Origin: Oopsacas minuta
Lineage: Eukaryota; Animalia; Porifera
NCBI GenBank assembly: GCA_024704765.1
Contig: JAKMXF010000321.1
Span: 1-64,000 of the forward strand
Direction of reading: 5' to 3'
Length of the DNA stretch: 64,000 nt
Shown here one piece after another: positions 40,105 through 52,217 of this stretch. Position numbers and translations under genes: made by a program. The stretch's first letter is position 1. Each line of letters opens with the position of its first letter. The notes below the pieces were generated by a model that searched no databases, was not told the origin of the DNA, and saw only the letters and a program-made list of their open reading frames with translations.

Positions 40105-42278
40105 TTAAATACAACTCACCAGGCTATGTACCATCCTTGGTCTGCAATACCTCAGAGCCTTAACAATCTGGAATATATCCACATGTTTCTCTACAGTAAT
40201 CTGTGACATAGCATTATACACAGACAGCAGGACACCTGTCTTGCCTGCTCCATCCTCACAATGCACTATTATAGGTTTTCTAGGGAAATTAGCCTTTACA
40301 CTAATCATCTCGTGGACAATTCCTAGCACGCTTGTTTGGTCGATGGCTGCCCCAGCTATGTCCCAATGTAGAGAGAATATCAGATGGAATCTGTGTTGTG
40401 TATTCTCGATAGTGTCAATGAGCAGGAATTCCATTATTTCTTCCTGTTTCTGTGACAAATTCTTTAAGACAAAACCCTCAAATTCGTGTTGTGTCGTGGG
40501 CTCAGGCCAATAGATAATCCTTCCATGTTCGTAACCCATTCCAGCATATTCCTCTGGAGAAGTGAGGGCAATAACCAGTGGACATTCTGTCTGGAAGATC
40601 AGCTGTACGATATGTATTGCTGTATACGCGTTAGGATGTTGTGTGGCTATTATATCTTGGAAGCCCTGGAAGCCGTCTACATAACTCGCATTTATGTACC
40701 CTCCAAGTCCCCAAACAGAGGTCGATAGGATGGGTCTATAGTCGTCATAGGGTAGGACAGACATTTCAGGGTTCAGTGAAGCGTTTCTTGGAGAGAGGGC
40801 CTCTGAGAATGGGCGTGAGAAAGACTTCTCCGCGAAATAATCAATCTCCTCTAGTTGCATCCTAAGGACACTGGGCTTAGCTTCCAGACACGTTTTATAT
40901 ACATATGAATAATTAACACCTTGTATAAATGTGTCTCCGTGTATCAGCTCTAGACAGGCTAGATATATGAATTTATACTGAGTGAAGGTCTGTACCATAT
41001 GCGGTCTGTGTTCCCTCATCTCGTTAACAATGTTAAATATGGAAAATGGCTCACTTTTCTTGATCTCTTCTATCAGATTGTACAGGGCAATAAATGTACC
41101 CGTCCTCCCAACACCCGCACTACAATGGGTACAAATTGGGCTGTTGTCTATGATCCTGTCACTCCTGACCCTGACTATAAAGTTTAAGAGTCCCGTAGGG
41201 TACCTCGGAGCCTCATGATCTGGCCAACCTGAAAAATGAAAATGTTTCATTTTAATAATCGTCCTGAAATCCCTCTTGTTCTTAATTTCCAGCAGTCGTA
41301 CAGTTTGATCGTAATCGGATTGTACCTCAAGCAGGGTAACAAGTATGTCCCCAACACCTATTGTATCCCCTACCCTCTCAGGGAGATAGGACTCACATTT
41401 CTTCTTGTTCCCTTCCATAATTTTAGTTAACATGACAACATTTGAGATCTTCTTCTGCCATAACATTTCCCAGAACTCTAGCATCGTCTCCTTTTTTGGC
41501 GCCTGACTCGCTATAAACATTTCCTGTACAAGTAGACCTGGTATGTAGGAGGCATTAACATAATCAGACCCCTCTACCCTCTGTGCCAAATGGACCCTTG
41601 ATTTGTCATACGGGTATATATTCTTGTACCTATTCTTTCCATCTGATATATGCTCTCTGGCTGCCTCTGTCGGGTATCTTAGCTCGCTCTGTCCTAGACT
41701 TGTATACTCAGAGGTTAGTAGCATACAGTCGTTATTCCATAAGATATCCAGTTTATTCTTAAATTCCTCTTGAGCTATTGAATGAGATGTGTCCTCTACA
41801 TATTGTGTCGGTAGTGGCTCGTAATAGGCGCCAGTAACAGCGTGGAACTGTTTAGGAGAGGTGTTAATCTCCCTCAACATGGACCCGTTCCTATTCTCCA
41901 CTTCATCATCCTGTTTATGGTATTTCTTTTGTTTAAAGCCGCTATAATATTTCCATAAACAGATAGCTATAACACCAGCTGTTATTGCTGTTATTATTAT
42001 TATTGTTATTAAGAGTATTATCCCTATTATAACACCTGACATATCAGCTGATGGATGGGGTATCGTTGTGGGAGATATGTCTGTTGCGTTTGCTGTTATT
42101 ATTGTTGTTTCATATAATGCTGGTGTAGTCATTGGTGAAGTGATATATGTAGAGGTTGTATGATTAGTTGTTGTAAGTGTAATACTGGGTGAAGTTACAG
42201 GAGGTGTTGATACTGTTGTTGTTATTGCAATAATTGGAGTTGTTTGTGTTGTTGTTGTTGTTGCATTTGTTGTTGCAT

Positions 42279-42316
<38 letters not shown>

Positions 42317-43871
42317 GGCGTTGTTGTTGTTGTTTGTGTTGTTTGTGTTGTCGGTGGTGGTGTTTGTGTTGTTGTTTGTGTTGTTTGTGTTGTTTGTGTT
42401 GTTGTTTGTGTTGTAGTACTAGACTGAGTAGTTGTGGTTGTTGTAACAGCAACTAAAGATAAAGCAAACATGAACATCTGTGTATCCGTATACGAATTCT
42501 CGCTATAACTACAAGCTCTAACTTGTCATTAGTACTCAGCTGATTATTATTACTTATAGTGCTATACTTTGTAATTTGATTACGCAACACTTCCCCGATC
42601 AATAATGATAAGATAGTACAATGGATCCTCTCTAATTGTCCGCTTCGAACCCCATTGCCCATTGGTGGAGAATTAGAGAGGACACACTGTATATAATAAA
42701 GAGAATGAGTAAGAATCTGAGTGAAACAGGTCACGATACTATATAGTACAAGAGTACACAGTGTAGTCTCCCAAAACGGTCAACAGCTTTACGAAGGACA
42801 AGCTCGTGGAACGAAATAAGTTAATAATAAACAGTCAATCTCTGAGAAGCAGACATCTCACCTACAAAGGAGAATATCTAATCTCCAATCTGTCTGTTAT
42901 TGGGAGACTCCACTGTACTTATATGAGTTATATCATACTATACTTACCCCCGGGTACAATATCTAGTGTGATTATAACAATGGATGTTCAAACACGCCTC
43001 TAGTACATTTAAATTTATAAGGTCCACTTCCTGTAGTGTTCGTCAGTGTAAATGTTGTGCTAGGATTAGTAGTTGGTCCTATTATACCACCAGTTGAAGT
43101 ATATATGATCCCTGTGCTAACTTCACACGTAATACTAACATCAGTATTAACAGGAATAGATATTGTATAATAATCATCAGAGGATAACGAGTATAGAGAA
43201 GTAGATCCAGAATACTCTACTGTGAAGTTAGCTATATCTGTATACAAATAATTAAAGTCAATGTTATCATATTTGTAACTACAATGTGTGTGCTCTCCTG
43301 AATATCACTTTCTTACCTTTCAGTGTAAGGACCATGTCTCCCATACTGTTTCCACCAGAGTAACACCCAATACTATAAGTACCAATACCCTTAACAACCC
43401 CATAAACTCATATGCATTAATTTGATTAGTATATTCCACATTGTTATATCTCCAGATTAATCCATCAGCTGATCCTCCATTTAAACACCTGTACTCCAGC
43501 TGTTGACTGTCTATATCAGCTGTGTATGTGAATGAAGTATTTGCTGATTGTATGTCAACATCAATAACAGGTTCTGTAAACAAAGATGTAAACAAACATT
43601 GACAAAAAGCCTCCAGAATGAAACTCAAATTTTAGGCAACAAAACTGATATTACAGACTTCTCAGTTTTGTGATAAAAATATTTTATCTTCTTTCGACTT
43701 TCATTTCAAATTGTCCAAAATCTCACCGATTTTCGAATAGATTCGTGCGCCAATTGGCTCTGAACCCGGACAAGACAAGTTACAAACAAAACATAAACAA
43801 CAACATATCTCACCTGCAAAACAAACTTGTATCGTAAACAAAATAGTAAACAAACAAGAAAACAATCTCAT
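40105..43871 (-). CDS. Receptor-type PTP B: signal exon 43871-43814, Ig exons 43573-43317 and 43237-42948 (both frame-disrupted), degraded segment, then intact stalk-TM-D1-D2 ORF; 3' exon not resolved
   Basis: Signal MRLFSCLFTILFTIQVCFA. KNRYKNIYPYD, GWPDHE, HCSAGVGRTGTF. D2 is HCEDGAGK. Confidence 0.82.
42240..42440 (-). repeat. Coding (ACA/CAA)n Thr/Gln mucin repeat of RPTP B
   Basis: TTQTTTQ..TTTTTTTT encoded by degenerate GTT repeats on the plus strand. Confidence 0.9.
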
Positions 43872-44642
43872 TCAATCCTGAAATTATTCTGTATTTTAAA
43901 TTAGCTCTGATAAAATTTTAATACAAAAGCTATACATATATCATATATGAAGCAATTGAGAGATCCACCACAGAATTCATTTACATGTTTTCATAGACTA
44001 ATCTCTAGCTTATCTCTACACTCATTAGTTTAATAAGAAACACAGCCTATTCTTATGCCATCCCATGCCACAACGACACTATTATTATGACTATTAGGTG
44101 GTTAACTGAATATCAGTGGGCGTGTAGTGTTGCTTTGATAATTTTATTATAGACAAGATTAGAAATACAAAGTTGGTGTATTGAGGAGGTGTAAGCCCTC
44201 CCCTCTTTAATAATTAGTCTATACCATCATGAATATATCTTGTAACACCTATAGTGTCCTTATGCCCTACATGTAACCAATAATTATACAAATACTATCA
44301 ACCATGGATTATTCAGGAGTTAGTGGAGGATAAGAAATAATGAATTATTAGACAGAATAGAATGCACTAAACTCCTGTTATATCTAAGCTGAGGGGACGG
44401 CGATGATTACTCAGATATAACCAATAGAATATATGGTACTGTAACGGTTTGGGGCTATATTTATACAATTTCACACCTTGATATTACTGGAGTTGATTGT
44501 ATGTATATTTTGAAGAAAATGTTTATTTATGAATAATTTCAAAAATAGAATATTTACACAAACCATAAAATATTCAAAAGCAATAACAAAACAAATAATA
44601 TAAACAGGGAGAATAATATTAACAACAAGAGGTGTTAATTAA

Positions 44643-47600
44643 TCATATATTCATCTGACAGTATTCATTAATGAGGTGATAACAGGATAGATAATGTTCC
44701 TAAACAAATAAACAACAAATAATAGAACAAAATATAAATAATCAACAAACAAGGCGAATTCTATTCTCACATTGTTTACATGTTTACTTTGAATATAATA
44801 TTATCCCAGAACATACTTATATAGCTATTTATAAATCATATAAACAGCTGTTAAAATAGTAAATAACCTAATTATATAACTCACCAGGGTAGGTACCATG
44901 TTCCTCCTAGAGTTCCTCAGCTGTTTAACCATCTGGAACACATCAATACAGCTGTTCTCCTGCATCCCTCTTATAGTGTTATAGACTGTCAATAGTACTC
45001 CTGATTTACCGATACCGTCACTACAACAGATAATCAATTTCCTGCCAGGAGTGTTTTGTTGTTGTTTGCTGATTAGTTCCAGGAGGGTGAGGACACCAAC
45101 AACATCCGTTACCCTACCTGTCTCCTCCCAGGTTGGAGATATAAACTGTGTAAAGGAATGTTCGTCATTTTCATGGCTACTTAATACTTTCATTTTTTGT
45201 TGAATTAGGAAAGACGAATTTTGAGATTTTTCTGTTATAACTGAGAAACCATCAAAGTCTTTCCTGCCACTCTCCTCTAACCAATAATTCACACGATTAG
45301 ACATACCACTTCTCACCTTTTGGTACTCATCTTGTGTAAACAACAAAACAACAACAGGTTCCTCCAACTGGTAAACAAGTTGCAAGTAATCTTGTATAGT
45401 ATTTTCAGTAGGGAATAAAGTAGCGACTAGTTCGTAGCTGTCAATATAACTGGCGTTAATATATTCACAGGGCCAACTAGGGGAGTACAGGATCACCCTA
45501 TTGGTATCGTATGGGAGGATATCTTTAACAACATTCTTGTCTTCGTTGCTAGGGTCATGTCCAGCTGTCTGTGGGTAGCAAAACGAGTGATCTGTTTGGT
45601 AGTTCAGTTCTTGGAATTGTTCTTTGAAAATATCAGTAATATCCCCATGTGACTGTTGGTACAATTTATAGGTCTCACAGTAATCCCCGTTTGGAATAGA
45701 AGTAGTTCCGAAAATTAGTTCCAGAATGGCTAAATAAATGAATTTATATTGGTTGAAGGTCTGCACCATCTGGGGCCGGTACTCCCTCATCTCATTCACT
45801 ACACGGTATACACTAATTGGAGCCTCCAAGTTAACACCTTCAATGAGGTTGTATAGTGCAATAAATGTACCGGTCCTGCCGACACCAGCGGAACAGTGGA
45901 CCACCAGATGTGTCCTCTCCTTCTTTCGATGCTGCTTAACCTTCTGAGTGAATTCCAGCAGGTTCATGTACAGTTGTGGTACATCATGATCTGGCCATGT
46001 TACATAATGGAACTGAGTTATCATATAGTTTCGGTTGTCCTGTCCTCTTATCCCTAATTTCCTTACTATATAAGAAGGATACATGTCCTCTCTGTGTAGT
46101 GTAACTTCGATATTATTGAATGTAGAACTGGAACCAACCACTTTAGGCCAATAAGTTGTAGACTTCTCCTTACCCATCTCTACCACACGAGTCAGCATAA
46201 CTATCGTACACACCCGTTGCTCTAAGATCATCTCCCAGAAATCAGTTTCTGTATTGGTCTTAGGAGCCTGTGTAGCTATAAAGGTGTCGGATAAATGGAA
46301 CCCAGGAATTGTGGCAGCATTAATGTAATCAGATTCAACAGCTGTTTCTAGGACAACACGCGATTTGTCATATGGATAAATTTGTTTGTATTTATTCTTG
46401 TTTTTGTTGATGGGGAGCAGAGCATGGGAGCAATCGTACCTCAAATCCTGGCCCCCTAACATCCTATACTCCTTCTCCATCCTATAGTTACTGAGAAGAG
46501 AGTTCAAGTGGTTCTTGTACTTGTTAGGTGGCACAAGTATGGCATGTGGATTATCTGCGTATTTGTTGTAAGTTGATTGATACAATGTTTCACCAAAATT
46601 TTCGTATTGGTGCAATTCATTGTCCTCTAGACCGATATCGTCCCCCTTATCACTAGCCATAGGTTCCAATGAGACCTCCAACTGGTCCAACATCGTGTAC
46701 CCATCCTTGTCTACCGGGGGTGATATCAGGGGACTAGTCACAGGGGTCTCTGTTTGTGTTAACTTCTCATAACCAGGCTTTTTGGTGATAGAATGAATAA
46801 CAGCTGGTTTTGAGTTAGGAGAATCCTCGAGATTTGATAGGTTAATATATTGTTTGTTTATATCAGGTGTTATATCCTCTTCATTGTTTGTTAGCATTTG
46901 TTTACTATAACCTGTTTTGTTTACCTTCCTTCTCTTCAACACCAATATTATGATCAACAAAACAACAATGATGACTAGCACTATCAATATGAGGACACCA
47001 GCAATGAGACCAATAATCCCATAGAGAGTAGATGGCTTAGATATCAGCTGATTATGAATATAATATATCTGTGTGTTGCTATTATTAGTATTGTGTAATC
47101 TATTCATTACTTCTACTGTAATGGTGTAATGGAATGTGTATGATACATCTGTGAGATAATATTCTGTCATATTTGTAGTTATATCTTTATGATGAATAGA
47201 CTCATTCACACTATACACGGATATTATGTATATCTCATTAGCTAGCTGGGGGTAAGAGGTCTCCCAGACCAATCTAACACCTTACTAGAAGGTGCTATAG
47301 TATGTAGAATGAGTACTTCCTGAGTGTATATGTCTACAGGAATATATAGGGAGGATAGCTACAAATTCGAATGGTTAAATATAGCAGTCATTATTAGGGG
47401 GGTCAATTCTTTGACAAAATACTAGCAAGATCTACTCATGTACTCAAGGGTGCAAATTCAAAGCCAATTGGGTGAGTGCATTTAAGAATATTCCAGAATG
47501 AGAATCAGCCAATCAAATAGTAAATATAACTAACCTTCAACTCTTAAATCAGCTGTTTTAACACCTAATACTGATCCCCTATCTGTCTGTACAGAACATT

Positions 47601-48231
47601 TATGAGTTATATTTCCTTTCATCAATTCCAATGGGATACTTGCTTGGTTACCAATCTGATTCTTAAGAATGCTACCAGTACTAACATCAATCAATATAAT
47701 AGTTAGATTATCAGCAGTAGAGTCAGTAGTAATACTACAAGTAATAGTGACGTCATCATATCCTACAAACACTGTATTGTAATTTGGTGTATAGGATAGA
47801 TGTATGGATACTGAAGGATGAGGAGGTGTTATTGTTGTGGGAGAGGTTGTTATTGTTGGAGAGGTTGTTTGAGTTGTGACCGTTGATGGCATCAGTGTCG
47901 TTTGTGTTGTAGTAGCAGTTATTATTGGTAAAGAAACTAGAATGCTATGCTCTCTGTATTGAGTATTAGTTTCAGTAATATATTCCATTGTAGAACAGTA
48001 GTAATATCCTGTTCTATTAGCTGGTAGGTCTGTAGATAGATGTAACTTTAGAAACCCTCTTGACGACATCGATTCTGTCTCTTCAATTAATCTCTCCCCT
48101 AGTCCTGTATTCATTTCCCCTCTGTAAAACCAGAGAGATGACTGAGTTTTACTAGAAACACACAATATAGCTACATCTCCAGTTATTACAATAGGTTCAT
48201 CCTCTCTTAGTACTCTATATGTATCTTGTAG

Positions 48232-48275
<44 letters not shown>

Positions 48276-49055
48276 GGTATAATCCACTTCCTAGATGGAA
48301 TAGTTAATACGGTAGCATTGTATGTGATTACTAATTACATAACAAACCTATTGCATGTAGTGTAACCAGTTTAACAAATTCTCTCTTTTCTGTATTATCA
48401 TATTCATTAGTACAGGCATAACTTAATTCATAATGTATAGTGAATAGATCTATTGTCAGGGGATTATCTACATCATTCTTTTTAACACTATCAAGTGTAT
48501 AATCCCATTTAGCTGTACTAGCATTGCAATTCACTATTACATTATCTGTCATTACAGGAACTAATACTCCAGTAGTGTCTTCTATTTCTCTGATTTCAGT
48601 TGTGTTGTCATAGCTAACTGTTATTGTTGTGTTATCTAAAATGAGTTAATAAATACAAATTGGTAAGTAATATATTATATTAATAACTCACACTTAATGG
48701 CAATAATAACAGAGTTGCTGTTTTTATACTCTCGTGTATCAGTTCCATATACAGCTCTACAATAGTATGGTAAATAGCTCCAACCAAATTGTGTAGCTAC
48801 ATCTTCAAACCTCAGTATATTGCTACCTGTATCTTCATCAGTAGTAGTCTCCGGGTTATAGAACCAAGTAACATGATGTCATTAACATCATAAGCATCAG
48901 AACTAACTGTACAGTTTAGTTCTGAAATATTATTGTATCCATTAGTGTAGTATGTGTATGTATCATCTGTAAATCCATGAAACATAATATCAGGATCAGC
49001 TGATACTATAAATTGTAATATGCAAAAACAGTAAATACAACAAAACACCTTTCAT
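44643..49055 (-). CDS. Receptor-type PTP C: signal (MKGVLLYLLFLHITIY), several Ig-like domains (first exon frame-disrupted), poly-Q, FN3, TM, D1, D2; last exon 44699-44643
   Basis: KNKYKQIYPYD, TWPDHD, HCSAGVGRTGTF. D2 is CCSDGIGK. VRLVW..YTITVEVMN gives an FN3-like unit. Last exon EHYLSCYHLINEY. Confidence 0.85.
48231..48276. repeat. (CAA)15 coding microsatellite (poly-Q) in the RPTP C ectodomain
   Basis: In frame: GSGLY-Q15-LQDTY. Confidence 0.9.
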
Positions 49056-49299
49056 ACTCTGCAGTACATACACTGTACAGACAGAGCTTATATAGCTATG
49101 AAACTTGATAGTTCCAATATTTCATAAATACATGGTTTAATATGGAACTATAAAATAGGATAATTTATCTTATTGAGGTCACACTTAATCCCATTTGTAA
49201 ATAGACAAAATAATTACTCATACAATCATTAACAAATACAAATAGCAATAACAATAAATATAGCAGGTATTACATGTCCTTATAAGGAGCTAATTCTTC

Positions 49300-51922
49300 T
49301 CATTTGGGAGGTGTTAGTTTCATAATAGAGAACTCTTTCAAAAGCTGATAGCATTTCTGATATTCTTCCTAAGGGATAGAATACAGGATAATTTAGTTAA
49401 TGCTAAAATTAGGGAGAGATGATAGAATCATTTTGGAGGTGTTAAAATTCATATATTATAAGGGGATAGCGACATTTCTAGGCACTGAAACATCTATTCG
49501 ACGTTGGGCATCTATCTAAGCATGAGGTGAACAGGTTACTGTATTTTACTTGCTAATAATATCAACACTCCTCTAGTTACCATTACATGCTGTTATACAT
49601 ATAACATTAATAGTGAATTGCATTCTAAGGAATACCTACCAACCTTCTCGGTATCCATGGATACCCCTGGTATTTTAGAAGATAAACACGTAAGAATTTG
49701 AGATTTAGGGAATGATTTGCAATTGCATGTAATTCCCTAAAATTGTATTTATGAATTTACAAGTTAGGAATCTAAGGAATTTTCGAACTCTTTGGAAATT
49801 AGAATATGGTAACAACGAGCCCGTGTATAATGGGCTGATTATCTGTACAAATAATCTGTGATTCCTACGTCTATTTGTCAATTAACTATTTGTATATTCT
49901 TGAACTTACCTTACAGCAGATCATCCCCATTCTCTGATTTCTGAGGTTCTTAACTACCCACGGCAGATCCAAATCCTGCCCTCCTTGTATCTGAGAACAC
50001 CCATTGATAGCCGCTAGCATGATCCCTATCTTTGTAGACCCATTAATAGATTGTAACACTACTGGTCTATCCCCTGTCACCCCTGTTCTGAAGCTTTGTA
50101 TGTATGCCATAGCCTCAATACATTTCTTATTGCTGATGGGTAGATCGTTCTTATCCCAATCATCGTACACGAATAGTTGGAATTGGTGCTGTATACGTTG
50201 CTTCGTTGGTTCATCATAAGCTACTGTGACGTCATATTTCAGCATTCCTTCTGTCTGCACTGGTTTGCTACCGATGACACTGAAGTTTCTGACTGTTTTA
50301 TTATACAAAGAGGGTGCCCAATAGTTAATCGCCTTGATGAAACCCCCGGACATGTGAGTGATCTCTGCTTCCTTTGCTAGTACGAACACTATCTTCACCT
50401 GACTCGTGATTAACATCCAGAAGAACTCATTAAGTGTATTTGCACTTGGATGTACTGCTGCTATAACAGGAGCACCTCCACATTCCATGTGTATATAAGA
50501 AGCGTTAAGATAGTTTTGTCCGGTTGGAGAGTCCTGCATACAAACTATATTATCGTCATAAGGATATGTGTGCATTACTTGTCCTTTGGTTAAGTTTGAG
50601 TTTGCAATAGTCTGCTGTTTCGTAAAATACGCTAAGTTGCAGAATACGTCTACTTTCTCATACTCGATCGTAACTGAGTTTGTGACATCACTCTCTGGAT
50701 CAATCTCTCCAACATCGACCTTAACTAAATCCTGTATACTGATGGGTTGTAGTGCTTGCAGGTGTTCTAGAATTGATATGTATATCAGCTGATAATGCAC
50801 GAATTGTGTGATTAATCCAATTCTGTGATCCAAGAGGGAATTTATAATTTCATAAACTGAAAACGGAGATCTGTCTTTGATGGCTTTCATGCTCTCAAAT
50901 AACGTGATTAATATCCCAATGATAGAATTAGAATTCTTTGACACAAAGCATAGTTTCGCATTTTTCTCCTTATCAGACATAATCTCGTTAATCTGATCAA
51001 CCAGGGATAGGATAATGGGGTATATGCAAGGTGGTTCCTGCTCGATAATATCAGCCTTAATTTCAATCTGATGGAGGATAAATGATTTCTTATTGTCAAC
51101 CTCTTCCAAACTGACAATAAAAGTTCTATGCGTGGAGAACTCGTAAACTGTTTTAAAGGTGAATTTAACTTTAACAATTGATGCAAACACTTGATCAGAA
51201 TTCCGTTCTTTGGGCCAATATGCACCCTTCTCAGGGTCTATCTCAGCTGTTAGTGAGACGATACAGCGGATATTTTCCTGCCAAACCATTTCCCAGAAAT
51301 CTCCAAGCGTTGAGGCTTGTGCAGTTACGATTGGGTACTGAGCTACTACATAATTAACATCTCGATAGTAACCAGGTATAACACTAGCGTTTATGTAAGC
51401 ACAGTCCTTCTTTAAAATAAGCCTAGTCATATCATACGGTATGAAATTAGCATTGATGTTCTTCTTTCGGTTATACATAGACTTTGCCTCATCACTTGCA
51501 TACCTGAACCTAGACACAGCTAAACTCTGAAACTCTTTGACTAATCCAATCTTCTTACCTCTCAGCTGTTGGTGTAAATATGTAATAAACTCTTCCTTGT
51601 TGTATGGGTTTAACCAGACGTTCTTGTTCGCGTATGTAACACTTAACTTGATGACATTTGGACCTGATTTCTGGGCGCTTTCTAGAGTTTCGTATTCCAT
51701 ACCTGGCTCTCCTCCATCTGATAACTTGACGGAGTTAACCCTGCCGAGAGGAACCGGTGGAATCTCTGGATGGGATGGGGGTTGGTTATATCGGATAGGA
51801 GCATCCTCTGACACGTTTCTAGATTCTCTCAATTTCTTAGCATTTTTGCGGTTTTTTCTTGCCTTCTTTCCAAGAGTTTTTTTAGAACGACAACAACAAC
51901 AGAAACAACAGAAACAGGGCAT
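49300..51922 (-). CDS. PTP D: ectodomain-less tandem-domain pseudophosphatase starting MPCFCCFCCCCRSKK; last exon 49368-49300
   Basis: Two PTP folds (KKNINANFIPYD, YINAS, YPYDDN, YLNAS). The signature motifs are replaced by FVSKNSNSII (D1) and QSINGSTK (D2). Confidence 0.85.
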
Positions 51923-52140
51923 TTTCACAAATAATTAACTTCTATTATTTGTATTTAAATAGAATACAATTCTATATCACGTTACGACTATATCTTGTCA
52001 TTTGATAGTACCCTTGTAGAAGAATATGAAATGCATGTGATTAGTAATTGAGAGAAAGCATAAAAGAAGACAAACAAAATAACAAACAAATGCAAAAAAT
52101 ATAATACAAAATACACTTTTCTATCTTTCAACCTTCAGAA

Positions 52141-52180
52141 TTAAACTTTAGTTGTGACGTCATTTTGGATGTTTGTAGAC

Positions 52181-52217
<37 letters not shown>

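Noticed and set aside
38142-42456. Poly-Val, poly-Cys, poly-Leu and poly-Gln ORFs
   Set aside because: Alternative-frame readings of (GTT)n repeats in mucin stalks.
43317-43420. Programmed -1 ribosomal frameshift or a 35-nt micro-intron to repair the RPTP B Ig exon
   Set aside because: No X-XXY-YYZ slippery site. The micro-intron would delete part of the Ig core and has no equivalent in paralog A.
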